A DNA stretch of 63,467 nucleotides, filler included, from Octopus bimaculoides (GCF_001194135.2; 5 parts of 4 records of this genome joined end to end with filler, not necessarily neighbours in it); one strand, 5' to 3'; shown: positions 46,317 through 59,044, numbered from the whole stretch's first letter. Translations and numbers: made by a program. The notes: a model not told the origin generated them from the sequence alone.

Positions 46317-46525
46317 CAACAACAACAACAACAACAACAATAACAACATTGAAAAATACCCTAGGAATGAGAACCCAGGTTCGAAATTTCCCCAAGACAC
46401 CTGAAGAAGGCCGGAGGGCATATCAGCCGAAACGTTAACAACAAACAAGATGAGGACAAATATCCGTCAAATGTAAACAATGTAAATAATGCACATAATG
46501 CCTCATTTCTTAAATATAGAAATGT
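46190..46525 (+). mobile_element. Penelope-like terminal repeat of a second family, interrupted by (AAT)n(AAC)n
   Basis: CTGAAGA...GAAACGTT hammerhead-like signature followed by an AT-rich end. Confidence 0.5.
46396..46440 (+). ncRNA. Minimal hammerhead-ribozyme-like motif; helix I 3' strand missing in this copy
   Basis: GACAC-CTGAAGA-A-GGCCG(10 nt)CAGCC-GAAAC-GTT. Confidence 0.4.
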
Positions 46526-47354
46526 AAAAATGAACTAATAAAATATTAACATAAATTCCACAAGTGTAATGCTGCAAAGAGTTAATAAAATATTTATGCA
46601 TTAAAACTAAAGAAAGTGAATTAGAAATTGCATCGTTAAAAGGTAATATAAGTTCAAAGACTCGCTTGCGTGAAGTAGAAAAATAAACATATTGAAATCA
46701 AAGTCGGTGTTAAATTAAATTGTATTTGAATTAGAGGGGAAAAAATCATAGACAAAGACATCAGTTAAATGTTAAAAAGATTTACACCTGTCAGAATTTA
46801 ACCAGTTAAAATAAATAACATTCACTGCATTGCGAAACCTAATACACAGAGAAGAAAAACGAAGTTAGCGTCAACGAAAATATACATATTAAGCTATTTT
46901 TTTTTAAGATCTTTTACTTGGATAAGTAACTTCTGAATATAGGAATGTACTACAGTCTAGTAAGAAATAATTTCATTCAAAAATGAGTCCACACCTGCAT
47001 CATAAGCAAACGAATATTGCAAAATATTTATTGGAAGAAACGAAGTATAATGTAATATTTCAAAATGGAAAATAACGATAATAGATGAATAAATATATAT
47101 TAAAAAGATTCACTGATTATTTCAGTTGACGCCTCGACTTGTCTAGTTTATCCTGTTCTGTTTTCTATAAAGCTGTGTAAATCTCGTAAAACATAGCCTC
47201 AGTTTTACATTAATTCAACTATATGGTCTCTATGTTACTTTCGTATGGAAATGTTTGTGTGTGTGTGTGTGTCTATATGTTATAGATACACACATACACA
47301 CATATTATATATATGTATGTATATATATATATATATATATATACATACATATAC

Positions 47355-47385
<31 letters not shown>

Positions 47386-49051
47386 AAGAGAGTGAGTAAG
47401 AGAGTACTGTTCCGTGATGGTAAATTCAACAAAACAATACTACATCTGGTGAGTGATAAATATTATTTAATAAACACTGTATATATTTTTATGAGCTGCT
47501 AATAGTTTCATTTGATGAAAGCAATTCTTCAGACACCATTTTATAATATGTCTGGTGCCTCAACGCAATCCTGAAAGCCTGAGGATTATATGAAGGCAAC
47601 AGACGTGTTATAAAATGGTGTCTCAGTTGTTTTCGTCGTATGGAACTAATAGTAGCTCTTAAAAATGTATACTGTGTTTATTAAATAATGCACACATGCA
47701 CACACACACACAAACACACACACACACACACACGTTTATATATTGTGTATCTCCGTTTTTTGTGTGTATATGTGATCGTGTGTGTGTATATGTATGTGTG
47801 TGTGCGTGTGTATGTGAGTGTGCGTGTGTGTGGTGTGCGTGTGCGTGTGCGTGTGCGCATGTGTGTGTGTGTATGTGTGCGTGTGCATATATGTGAATGT
47901 AATTAAGTGATTGATTAAATCCATCCTTACTTTCACAGCTTTGCGATTTGCATCCTTCAGAAACTTAACTCATCCATCCCTAATTATGATTACTGATAAT
48001 CGCAAAGATATTTCCGTGAGTTTAGATGTCACACCGCGCTACCATTCGCCTGTACCTTTATGCCTGACCGACTCTCTGCCCGCCAAACACGCGGAATTGT
48101 TTATCAACATCAAGTACAGTTGTTATCTCTGTACTACTCTGTAAACAACACAACATCCGTCTTGGTTTTCTCTTCTTTTTTGAAAAAAATTTATAGATTT
48201 TGAGCCGAATAATACTTCGCCCTGCCCAATCCCTTATGTTAGCTCATCTTTTGCAGAATACTTGTAATTGCGGAAACATTGCTCATCGCTAGCTAGACCG
48301 TCTCCCATTTCTTGAAGGAAGAAGGCACCTTGTGTCTTCCCCACACAGAACTGTGTTGCCGATTCTTAAAAGAGAGGAGGAGAAAATAAAAGAGAAATAG
48401 ATTATTCGAATGGCATTTTATTTATCAGAATAGATAAAAGTCAAAGCAGATCTCGGTAAGCCTTCAACTCAAAACAGAATTAGCTGAAACAATTACCACA
48501 AGCATTTGCGCAACAGTTTAACGATTCTGCCAATTGACCATCTTTTGTACATATTTATTTTCTATTAGCAAAATATTTCTCATCAACAAACACTTTCGTA
48601 GTTCAAGTCTGTTAACTAGTACGATCTCAACTTGTTCAATGCTTTATTTTCTTAGAATCAAATACGTTTCAATTGGGACCCACCAGCAGTAGCTTATCGA
48701 ATGGCCGACTGCAGCCTCCTACGTGAGTCTCTCTGTACCAATCATAATCCGAAATCTCACATTTCTCAACATCAAGATGCACACAGTTACAGCACATTCA
48801 AAACGACATCGATAAAGCAAGCGATGCTTTCATCCTTCTCAGGGGATGTAGATTTTTCGCTTTCTCAACTGTTGCTAGGAATTCTGCTCTTTCACAAAAG
48901 TAACCTTCCAAAATACCTCCAATCATGCCACTCTCCAAAGAAGATGACGACATTATGTAACATTCACCATAGATATAACAATCGAAATTGCTTTTTCTTT
49001 TTGTTTCCAACTTCACGCAATACTAATTCCTGCAGCGTGGAGTTCCTTTCG

Positions 49052-49354
49052 TTATTTCACACATTTCATTACCCGTCTCGTTACGCAATCCTTCAATCGT
49101 GAATACTTCTCTGTTGATTGAAGCTCAGCAAAATGACCACTTCCGTCGATGTTTCTTCCATTACATTCAATCGACGTGCCCTGCGATGAGATTTCACCAC
49201 CACCAAAGCCATCGATACCTTTGACAACAAAAATATTTCCCAATCTTGCTGAACACGCTACATTGTTATTGCAAAGTCGTACGCCTACCTGAACATGCCG
49301 CTCTACTGTTACTGATACAAACATCCCAAACATGATGAAAGCTGCTCTAATCAT
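49052..49354 (-). CDS. Hypothetical 100-aa ORF or exon with signal-peptide-like N-terminus (unconfirmed)
   Basis: Non-repetitive, mixed-composition ORF MIRAAFIMFGMFVSVTVE..., five Cys; possible donor CGG|GTAATG at 49073/49072; no recognisable family. Confidence 0.25.
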   Translation of the reverse strand: MIRAAFIMFGMFVSVTVERHVQVGVRLCNNNVACSARLGNIFVVKGIDGFGGGEISSQGTSIECNGRNIDGSGHFAELQSTEKYSRLKDCVTRRVMKCVK

Positions 49355-49641
49355 CTGATTTCATTTCTTCTCAATTACGAATATCAATATTCGTAATTAA
49401 GTAATAATATATTAACACTCACACACTCTGGAATATTTTGCATTTATCTCTTCCCGTAAATATTAAATTACATTTTTTTCTCTCGTTTATATTGTTGAGC
49501 ACTCTGTATCTATTACATTAAGATATTTCAAAAGATACTGTAGAAAATACATGTACATACATAAACATATACATATATCCATAAATACTTGTGTGTCTTT
49601 ATTAAATCTCTTTACTTACATACATATACATACATAAATAC

Positions 49642-49652
<11 letters not shown>

Positions 49653-49710
<58 letters not shown>

Positions 49711-49887
49711 CAGAGACAGAGACAGACAGACAGAGACAGACAGACAGACAGAGACAGACAGACAGAGAGACAGAGACACAGAGAGAGAGAGACAGAGAGA
49801 CAGAGAGACAGAGAGAGAGACAGAGAGAGACAGAGAGTAAGAAAGAGAGTGAGAGACAGACAGACGGAGATATGGATATACTTAAAT

Positions 49888-49923
<36 letters not shown>

Positions 49924-49925
49924 GA
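49653..49925. repeat. (TA)n/(AG)n/(AGAC)n compound microsatellite
   Basis: Direct reading. Confidence 0.95.
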
Positions 49926-50489
49926 CACAGAATCAAACAAGTAGACAGAATAACTAAGCTGTCAGCAACTGATTCATGTCCAATTATTGAATACTTGGAA
50001 AACACTAAATATATTACGGTTTTGTTTTAACGTATTTAGCTGCGGTTTTCGTATGAATCATAGCCAAATGCATTAAGGTCTCGTATATCAACCATTATCT
50101 TAATAGATTTCTACATTGTGATATCTGAGTGAGTTTCATTAACCAAAACTTCCAACAGACTTCATTGTTTCTTTTTTTATTACTAATACCTTTAGATCTC
50201 TTCATAATTGCCTCATAGGTGTTAATGACATCGTCCTTAACCTTTCTCTCAGAAGAGTTACACATCTAAAAATTCGCAATCTCTGTATGTCAGAAAAAAT
50301 TCTTTATCGCTCCTCATATCATGCACTAAACATAAACATAACAACACTATGACATTTAAAATCGCTGAAATGCTACACCTTAATGGCACACAAGATTTCA
50401 CCAAGCGAAAACTCATCCTCAGCATTACAAAGACTACATCTCAACCACTGACCTGCGTGTTCATAAATAGAACATACTTCAATTACCAC

Positions 50490-50620
50490 CCGATAATGGT
50501 CTTAAATCGTGGCACAGAACCAGCAATTTTGATGGGAAGGGAAGTCGATACCTCGATTCTAGGACTTGAATGGTACACATTTTATCGACCTCTAAAAGGT
50601 GAAACGCGAGTTCGATTTAT
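50490..50620 (-). mobile_element. Highly degenerate SINE family S1
   Basis: TAAATCGTGGCACAGAACCAGCAATTTT...TTTTATCGACC. Confidence 0.45.
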
Positions 50621-50805
50621 AAATCCTTACAACTATCCAATAATAATTACTAAACACCTACAATGAAATATTGGTCCAATATCTGGGACGAACGTGCAGC
50701 AACAACACAAGCGTTCTCGACAGCATTTAAAGGAACACTATTCATTGATTGGCATAAAATCACTCACAAACACACCAAATCCGAGCTAACAGACAACATG
50801 CTGTC

Positions 50806-50844
<39 letters not shown>

Positions 50845-51946
50845 CCTCCCCCTCTACATTTTCTCCTGCTGCTAAAGTAATAAACCCGACCAGTTTCTCG
50901 AAGCCTCTTGAGATTGCCCCACATTCTATCAGTCTCGGTTCACTCATCTCACCTCACCCGTTTTCTGTACCTACCAATAAAACTAAGGATAAAGCACTTC
51001 ACTCCGATCCTTTCTTACCTGGAACTTCAACACCTGAAAACATCTTAACTACGCATGTTTTTCTGGGATTTTTTCTTTCTTTCTTTCTTTTTTTTTTTTC
51101 GCAATATTCGTCCAAGCATTGAAGGCGCGTGGCCTAGTACACTCACGCTGACAAGATCGTAGTTTCGGCTTCGGGACCGGGAGGTGCGGCGTTGTGTTGT
51201 TGAGAAAACTCGAACTCTTCATATCACATTGCTGCAATCAGCTCAACTGTAAATGTGTAACTGTGTGAGGGGCTGGCGCCCCGTCCGACAGGAATTTCGA
51301 TAATCTCACTTATACATCATGGGAACGAGGTAATTAGCCCCATGGATCCTAAGACACCAGATAGCAATACCCAGTAGTTATTACTTCCATATGCAACAAT
51401 TAAATATTCTCAGTGTTCTGGAAGGTTTATAAAGGCCATGGGCACTGCACCGTCATCAAGAACAAAGACTCATATAAACATAGAATGTTAAACAATACAG
51501 AGAATATTGTAGCTGATTGCGGGTAACCCCCATTACTGGTAGTTTTATATCGCAGCATTTTTAACCCTATTCGACTTGTCAACGTCTTTGCTTTTATGTA
51601 GCGTTCGCTTTTGTCTTGGTTCTCTTCTTTTCTTTTTATATCATATTTTACGTTCTGTCCTTGTTCTGATGTTATCGAGATTCGGATTGTTTTTGAGAAT
51701 TTGATTGTATTAGATCACACACACATACATACACACACACACGCGCGCGCATACATACACACGCACGCACAAACACACAAACATAAACACACACACATTC
51801 ACACATATATACACACGCACACATACATACAAATACAGACGCAAATATATTCACGCATACGTAAATATGCATACGTATATAGGTACATGTATACAGAGGT
51901 ATGTATGCACATACATTATATTATACTATATATGTATACACCCACA

Positions 51947-51983
<37 letters not shown>

Positions 51984-53035
51984 TTGTATTTATGAATATA
52001 TATATACATATATACATTTATCATATATATAATTTATACATACATNNNNNNNNNNNNNNNNNNNNNNNNNNNNNNNNNNNNNNNNNNNNNNNNNNNNNNN
52101 NNNNNNNNNNNNNNNNNNNNNNNNNNNNNNNNNNNNNNNNNNNNNNNNNNNNNNNNNNNNNNNNNNNNNNNNNNNNNNNNNNNNNNNNNNNNNNNNNNNN
52201 NNNNNNNNNNNNNNNNNNNNNNNNNNNNNNNNNNNNNNNNNNNNNNNNNNNNNNNNNNNNNNNNNNNNNNNNNNNNNNNNNNNNNNNNNNNNNNNNNNNN
52301 NNNNNNNNNNNNNNNNNNNNNNNNNNNNNNNNNNNNNNNNNNNNNNNNNNNNNNNNNNNNNNNNNNNNNNNNNNNNNNNNNNNNNNNNNNNNNNNNNNNN
52401 NNNNNNNNNNNNNNNNNNNNNNNNNNNNNNNNNNNNNNNNNNNNNNNNNNNNNNNNNNNNNNNNNNNNNNNNNNNNNNNNNNNNNNNNNNNNNNNNNNNN
52501 NNNNNNNNNNNNNNNNNNNNNNNNNNNNNNNNNNNNNNNNNNNNNNNNNNNNNNNNNNNNNNNNNNNNNNNNNNNNNNNNNNNNNNNNNNNNNNNNNNNN
52601 NNNNNNNNNNNNNNNNNNNNNNNNNNNNNNNNNNNNNNNNNNNNNNNNNNNNNNNNNNNNNNNNNNNNNNNNNNNNNNNNNNNNNNNNNNNNNNNNNNNN
52701 NNNNNNNNNNNNNNNNNNNNNNNNNNNNNNNNNNNNNNNNNNNNNNNNNNNNNNNNNNNNNNNNNNNNNNNNNNNNNNNNNNNNNNNNNNNNNNNNNNNN
52801 NNNNNNNNNNNNNNNNNNNNNNNNNNNNNNNNNNNNNNNNNNNNNNNNNNNNNNNNNNNNNNNNNNNNNNNNNNNNNNNNNNNNNNNNNNNNNNNNNNNN
52901 NNNNNNNNNNNNNNNNNNNNNNNNNNNNNNNNNNNNNNNNNNNNNNNNNNNNNNNNNNNNNNNNNNNNNNNNNNNNNNNNNNNNNNNNNNNNNNNNNNNN
53001 NNNNNNNNNNNNNNNNNNNNNNNNNNNNNNNNNNA

Positions 53036-53372
53036 TTAAGGGAACAGCCTGCTCGTGAAATTAACATGCAAGTGGCTGAGCACTCCACAGACACGTGTAC
53101 CCTTAACGTAGTTCTGGGAGAGATTCAGCGTGACACAGAGTGCGACAAGGCTGGCCCCTTTGAAATACAGGTACAACAGAAATAGGAAGTAAGAGTGAGA
53201 GAAAGTTGTAGTGAAAGAGTACAGCAGGGTTCACCACCATCCCCTGCCGGAGCCTCGTAGAGCTTTAGGTGTTTTCGCTCAATAAACACTCACAACGCCC
53301 GGTCTGGGAATCGAAACCGCGATCCTATAACCGCGAGTCCGCTGCCCTAACCACTGGGCTATTGCACCTCCA
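53036..53372 (-). mobile_element. tRNA-derived SINE family S3 (resembles octopus OR-type), 3' end lost in gap
   Basis: Very similar to 60380-60764; tRNA-like head at the right end. Confidence 0.88.
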
Positions 53373-53588
53373 GCGAACGATGTAACAATTGTTTTTTGGA
53401 ATTTAGACGAAACATACAATAAACTGGCAAAATGAAATGGTGGTTGTGGTAACGCTATAAGCTATAAACGCAAGAATCAATGGTTCGTATCCTGTACCCA
53501 AGCTAAAGATTTGGCTATAGACAAGGTTTACATCGCAAGAAACCTACGGCCTGACCTTTAGAGGACGTATAGAGGACACATGGAAAAG

Positions 53589-53591
53589 CTA

Positions 53592-53673
<82 letters not shown>

Positions 53674-53675
53674 TA
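53589..53675. repeat. Palindromic (ACT)n(AGT)n microsatellite
   Basis: Centre ACTAGT at 53621-53626. Confidence 0.95.
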
Positions 53676-54419
53676 GTGCTGCTGCTGCTGCTACATGGAA
53701 TGATTAGCTACACCTGCCTATGCTTGTTATTGCCTGTGTTTAGCCCCAGGCAAGCCTAGATTGAGCAGACCTCTCATCAAAAGCATACCAGCTTTGACTA
53801 GTCTGCTTTTTAAGGTCATCTAGGGCCCTGTTATCTCACATGTCATCCCATATTTTTAACACGCGGGTGCTAAATTTGAGGAGAGATTAGGTCGTTATTT
53901 CTAGCATTTCAAACAACGTCGCAAAACTCCACAATTCATTTGTTGCAATGTCTAGAAACGACAAGATACACTTAGCAATGAAGTTAATATCGACCGCGAG
54001 TGTGTGTGTCCGTGTGTTACGCACGCCAGGAAAGGCTGAGAGGCGCGGGCGAGAAGAAACAGCAGCAGGTCGAGAAGGAAGCGGCGGCGGCGACCGAGAA
54101 GGAAGCCGGCGAGCGATCGGAAGCGATTAGGAGCAAAGAGAAAACGGAGGAGGGTCAGGCNNNNNNNNNNNNNNNNNNNNNNNNNNNNNNNNNNNNNNNN
54201 NNNNTTAATTAATTAANNNNNNNNNNNNNNNNNNNNNNNNNNNNNNNNNNNNNNNNNNNNATGATATCTGCGAGTTTTAACTCCTCATACGGTGTTATCA
54301 TGTTCTTGAGGTTTTGTTGTAAGAACCTTTTTCTCTTTTGGTACTGGCTAATTTCTTTGTATATTCTCTTTTTGATGTTGACCAGTAGTGTGTGTCTTAG
54401 TCTGCCTGCTTGGCCCTCT

Positions 54420-55712
54420 GGAATTTTCAAAATTTTCAAAATTTTCTCCTGTGATTTCAGATTTTTTAAAGTATAATATGTCACTATGGAACACGAAGCT
54501 GCAATTATATCATTCTAATGGAGTATTGCACTCAAACAATATTAGCATAAACTGTGGCATTTTCCAAGGTGACTCACTTTCACCACTAATTTTCTGCATA
54601 GCACTAATACCACGCTCAAGTGAACTGAATAGAACAGGGAATGGCTACAAAATTGAAAACAGAAAAATAAGCCATCTATTTTATATGGATGATTTAAAAC
54701 TATATGGCAAAGATGATGAAGAGCTTGAAGGACTACTACGTACTGTGAAATAATTCAGTGATGATATCGGGATGGAGTTTGGCCTTGAAAAGTGTGCCAA
54801 AGCCACTTTTAAGACAGGGAAACTGGTAAAGTCAAGTTCAATAGATTTAGATGTCGAAACAGTAATAAAAGGAACTTGAGCAGGAACAAACCTATAAATA
54901 TCTAGGAATAAATGAAGGCTCTGGTATCCAGCATGCAAGCATGAAAGAGAAGGTTAGGAAGGAATGTTATAGAAGAGTTCGAGCAGTTCTGAAGTCTGAG
55001 CTGAATACATATAATAAGGTGTTAGCCATAAATTCTTTAGCAGTCCCAGTTGTTCTTTATAGCTTCAATGTGCTCAACTGGAATATCAGTGAAATAATGG
55101 AAATTCATAGAAAAAACTGCAAGCTACTGACTTGTAATAAGATGCACCACGCAAAAGCAGACGTGGATCGTCTTTACCTTCCCAGAGCTCAGGGAGGTCG
55201 AGGCTTGATCCAGCTTGAACTTACGTACAAAACCACCACAATCGGACTGGTCAAATACCTTGAAACAACCAACGATTGGAAACTGAAACTTGTTGAAAAA
55301 CATGAAAGATCGAAAAAAACTTCACTCTATTCTGAAAGAGAGCAAAAAATCGCTACTGATCTCTTAGATACCTACCAGCTTGATCAGGTTGAAGGAAATG
55401 CGCCAACTGCTGCTGCAAAGAAAATAAAATTAATTGCAAAGACAAAAGCACATGAAAAATTAGCTAGCAGATGGGAACAGAAACCTCTGCTTGGCAAGTA
55501 TGTGGCTCGTAGCAAACAAGCTGATGTCGACCAGAAACACACGCATCAATGGTTACGAAGCTCAGGACTAAAAGCAGAGAGTGAAGGTTTCATATTGGCT
55601 GCTCAAGACCAAAGCTTATTAATCCGGAACTACCAAGCCGATGTGATAAAAAATGGAGCTGGCCCAAAATGCCGATTCTGTAACGATGCGATTGAAACTA
55701 TAGACCACCTAA
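54420..55712 (+). mobile_element. R4/Dong-like LINE copy G (RT, thumb, zinc knuckle), truncated at both ends and relatively young
   Basis: CGIFQGDSLSPLIFCIAL; ISHLFYMDDLKLY; 269-aa ORF 54941-55750 with HHAKADVDRLYLPRAQGGRGL, SGLKAESEGFILAAQDQ, CRFC..ETIDHL. Confidence 0.92.
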
Positions 55713-57073
55713 ACGAAGGGCGTGTAGAGTCAACACTCGAGAAGACCTAAGAGTGGAGGTGTTCTAGTCATAATCGTCCTTTTTTCTTTCAAGCATAGTG
55801 GCTACAAAGGGTAAAGTATGAGGAAGAATGATAACTCTCTAAAACCACAGTCCGACATTCTAATGGGCTGCTCTGGACAATGGACAACTTTCTCATAAGT
55901 AATACTCAAGATAAAAGGTAAAAATAACACTTGGTTTGTATAAAAAATAAAGGACAAATATTTTTATTGATGAGATAAAACATAGGAAGCTGTTTACAAA
56001 AAAAATTAATGCCTAGTGGGGAATGATATTTTCAAAAGAAGTGACCTTTTATTGACCAAAATACTTTCGCTCACTCTGATAAATAGACAAGTTTCCAGAC
56101 ATTGGTAAAAGTAGTAACATTTTCCTTTATTACACTATTAACATTTTAAAACTTTTAATACAAATATTAATAATAGTGTAACAATGTTTGGAAGTAATTG
56201 GACTGTACACAATGTTTTTGAGTGGAATTCAGAAGTTACAAGATTATACGTCTATCAACTTTATATAGCAATGCATTAAATTTCTCTTTAAGAAAAATGA
56301 TGACATAAAATTTATAAAATCTCTGTTAGAATGCATATCTCAACTTTTATATTCTAAAGATTCTCCACTTGATATAACAATTATTGTTTGTGCTTCGTGC
56401 CGGTCAGTAATGGTGTGTTTGTTTGCTTGATTAACTATTGGTTAAGGGTAACATATTACACAAAACAGAATACAAACAATGGATACGTAAATTAACGGTT
56501 TCAGTGAGTCTTTATCAATCAGAATAACTTTTTTGGATGGCATTAAGGATTTTTATGAATGCAACAATAGCATCTCCTTGATGTGTAATCAGAATTCTAA
56601 TGTCGATTAAACTTGATCTTTGTAGAGTATCAGCAATTCACCTATTCTCCTTCTCAAATCCTGCCTTATCCTCATTGTTGGCCGCAGTTAAGGGAGTTCT
56701 AATTCGTTTCCTTGTGGTTGAAAGCGAATAGAGTCTGAAAAATGCCTTTAGCCTTATGAAGATGAAACCTGAATTTTTAATTTCGCTTATTTGAGGCTTA
56801 AATTTCATTTAAATTTTATTACATATGTTTCGATATGTATTTAATTAATGAAAAATATGTTCTTTAAAAGGTATTAAACGCATATTTATAAGTGGGTATT
56901 CATAAAATTTTAATCTATACTAGTTCTTCACCCATCGCTACTTTGCAGGTAAAAATATTTGTTGATCATGCTCGGACATTTTTTAATAGTAAACTGTTAT
57001 ATAGTTGACGTCTCGTTAGTTACTATGGTAACGACATTCTACCAACCTATCTTTCACTCTCTCTCTTTCTCTC

Positions 57074-57120
<47 letters not shown>

Positions 57121-57679
57121 AGCAACAACAGGATTATGTCATTATATTGAAAGTCTGTTGCATTGTTTCTATGTTGAAAGCCATACAGAAACACACACCC
57201 ACACACACGCAAACAACCAAACAAATAACTATCATTATTGTTAAATAGTGAAGTCTGTGTTGCGATGTGTTGCCAGACTTGCAGTTAAAATTCCTGCGTT
57301 TTTAATCAAAACTTATTACTATGACGACAACACTACCTATCTATATTTCACACACACTCTATCTCACTGTGTTTCTCTCACAACTTTTTTCGCTTCCCCT
57401 TCTTCCCCTCCTTCACATATATTTTGTGACACACAGACAGACAGAGTTCAACTTCTCTTTTATAAGATTTTAAACTTTTATCCTGAATATCTTTTAGTCT
57501 ATGAAAAAAAAGCGAGCGTCTCATTATTCAACATCAAAGGGAAAATATTTTCAGTCTTGACTTGATGACATGTTCCTTCAAACAGTAAATACATTGATGC
57601 ATTAGTTCAGGTTCCATACAGGGGCGGTCGTGCAGTTCTTAAGAGAAACAATGAAAGATAAGGGAAATTTTGTGGTTCA

Positions 57680-57945
57680 ATTGTTGGAACTTGCAAATGT
57701 TAACCAACCAATGCCACACAAGCTAATACAGGAAACTCTTCGAAGATACCATTTTCCCAACAACATCAATGGTCTTATCTTGGATAATGTTGCAGCTTCC
57801 AGATGAGAGTTACTTCTGGATCTACAACAGCAAAGTAGCACAGGCCAGAAAAAGAGATTATAACTGGTGCTTCCATTTCGGTCATCCTTTTTTGCCCTTG
57901 CCATGAACTTGGTGAAGGTAGATGCTGAGGAACCCAGACAAAGAC
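57680..57945 (+). mobile_element. Hero-like non-LTR retrotransposon RT fragment
   Basis: LELAN...PHKLIQETLRRYHFP..I..LILD; RVTSGSTTA.*HR.EK.IITGASISVILFALAMNL. Confidence 0.62.
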
Positions 57946-57964
57946 CGGCATGTAACAAGTTAAA

Positions 57965-58898
57965 ATAACGAAATATCCAGCAAGTTCAGCAGACCATTGA
58001 TTACAATCCCAGAAAGTCCATAAGGTCAATTGCAAAAGATCTCCATGTGTCAGACGGAACAGTCAGAATTGTTATCCCCGAAGACATCAGATATATGTTT
58101 TATATGATGAGGAAATGTCAATTTGTCAGAAAAAAACAAAAGAAAATCACTACATCTGATCTAAAATGCTCTTAAACCAACCGAAAACTCTAGATTTGAT
58201 TTGGTTTTTCTGAAACGAGAAAAACTTCGACCAAGATCAAAAAGTTAATAGAAGAAATGACAGACGGTTATGTGCAGACCGTTCTGAAATTCCAAGTGTT
58301 ATGCATGCAAAATTTCCTGCAACTGTCATGATTTTAGGGGTTATCAGCAATGAGGGACATCTGATTCCTCCTTACTTCTTTCCACAAGGCCTTAGAGTTA
58401 ACTCTGCCGCCTACATTGAGGTCCTGGAAATAGTTGTTAAGCCCTGGATAGACAGTGTATGCAATGGAAGGCCATATGTGTTTCAGTAAGACTCTGCACT
58501 ATCACACATGGCTCTAGTAACACAGGAATGGATGGCTGAAAATTTTCATGATCACATAACCCCCTAACATTTGGCCTCCTAATTCCTCAGATTTCAATCC
58601 ATTGGAATATTACATGTTGGTCGTTATTGAGACGCCCATAATACCGAAGATTCTTTGAAAGCTGCTATAGTCAAAGTAGTCCAAAATGAACCAGGACCAC
58701 TTGATTTGAGCATGTAGATGATTTAGATCTCATATAGAAGCAGTTGTTGAAGCTGGAGGTGGCTTTATTGAATAACATTATAGAAAAGAATATTTATTTT
58801 TATCCTCATAACATTTTTTGATAAATAAAGTTAGTATTTGCTATTATATATCTGTTTTAATAAACATAAATCTGTCCTCAAATATCTTAAGCACCCTG
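57965..58898 (+). mobile_element. maT/DD37D-type Tc1/mariner transposon remnant with 3' TIR
   Basis: NPRKSIRSIAKDLHVS HTH; F*NEKNF; VMILGVISNEGH..PPYFFPQG; FQ*DSALSH; WPPNSSDFNPLEY; ends CTTAAGCACCCTG|TA. Confidence 0.85.
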
Positions 58899-59044
58899 TA
58901 TATAAAAACCAGAGGAATATAGTCAAATTCAGCCTCCATCCTTTTGAGGTTGAAAAGTAAAGTTCTAACAAGTAGTGGTGGTGGTGGTTTAGACTTAACC
59001 CTCATCAATCAAAATTACTGGCTTAGTACTTAAATCAGAATTTT

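Noticed and set aside
51060-51240. Possible LINE C-terminal fragment (LPVPKPKLRSCQRE...RAFNAW) on the minus strand
   Set aside because: Short, with uncertain resemblance and no supporting second copy.
10941-53185. Long ORFs of 200-520 aa in the ORF track (10941, 13303, 16288, 36978, 37970, 42772-44356, 51611)
   Set aside because: They are open only because of N-gaps and stop-free microsatellites.
19843-54216. Recurrent TTAATTAATTAA motif (four copies)
   Set aside because: Always embedded in N-runs; an artificial six-frame-stop linker.
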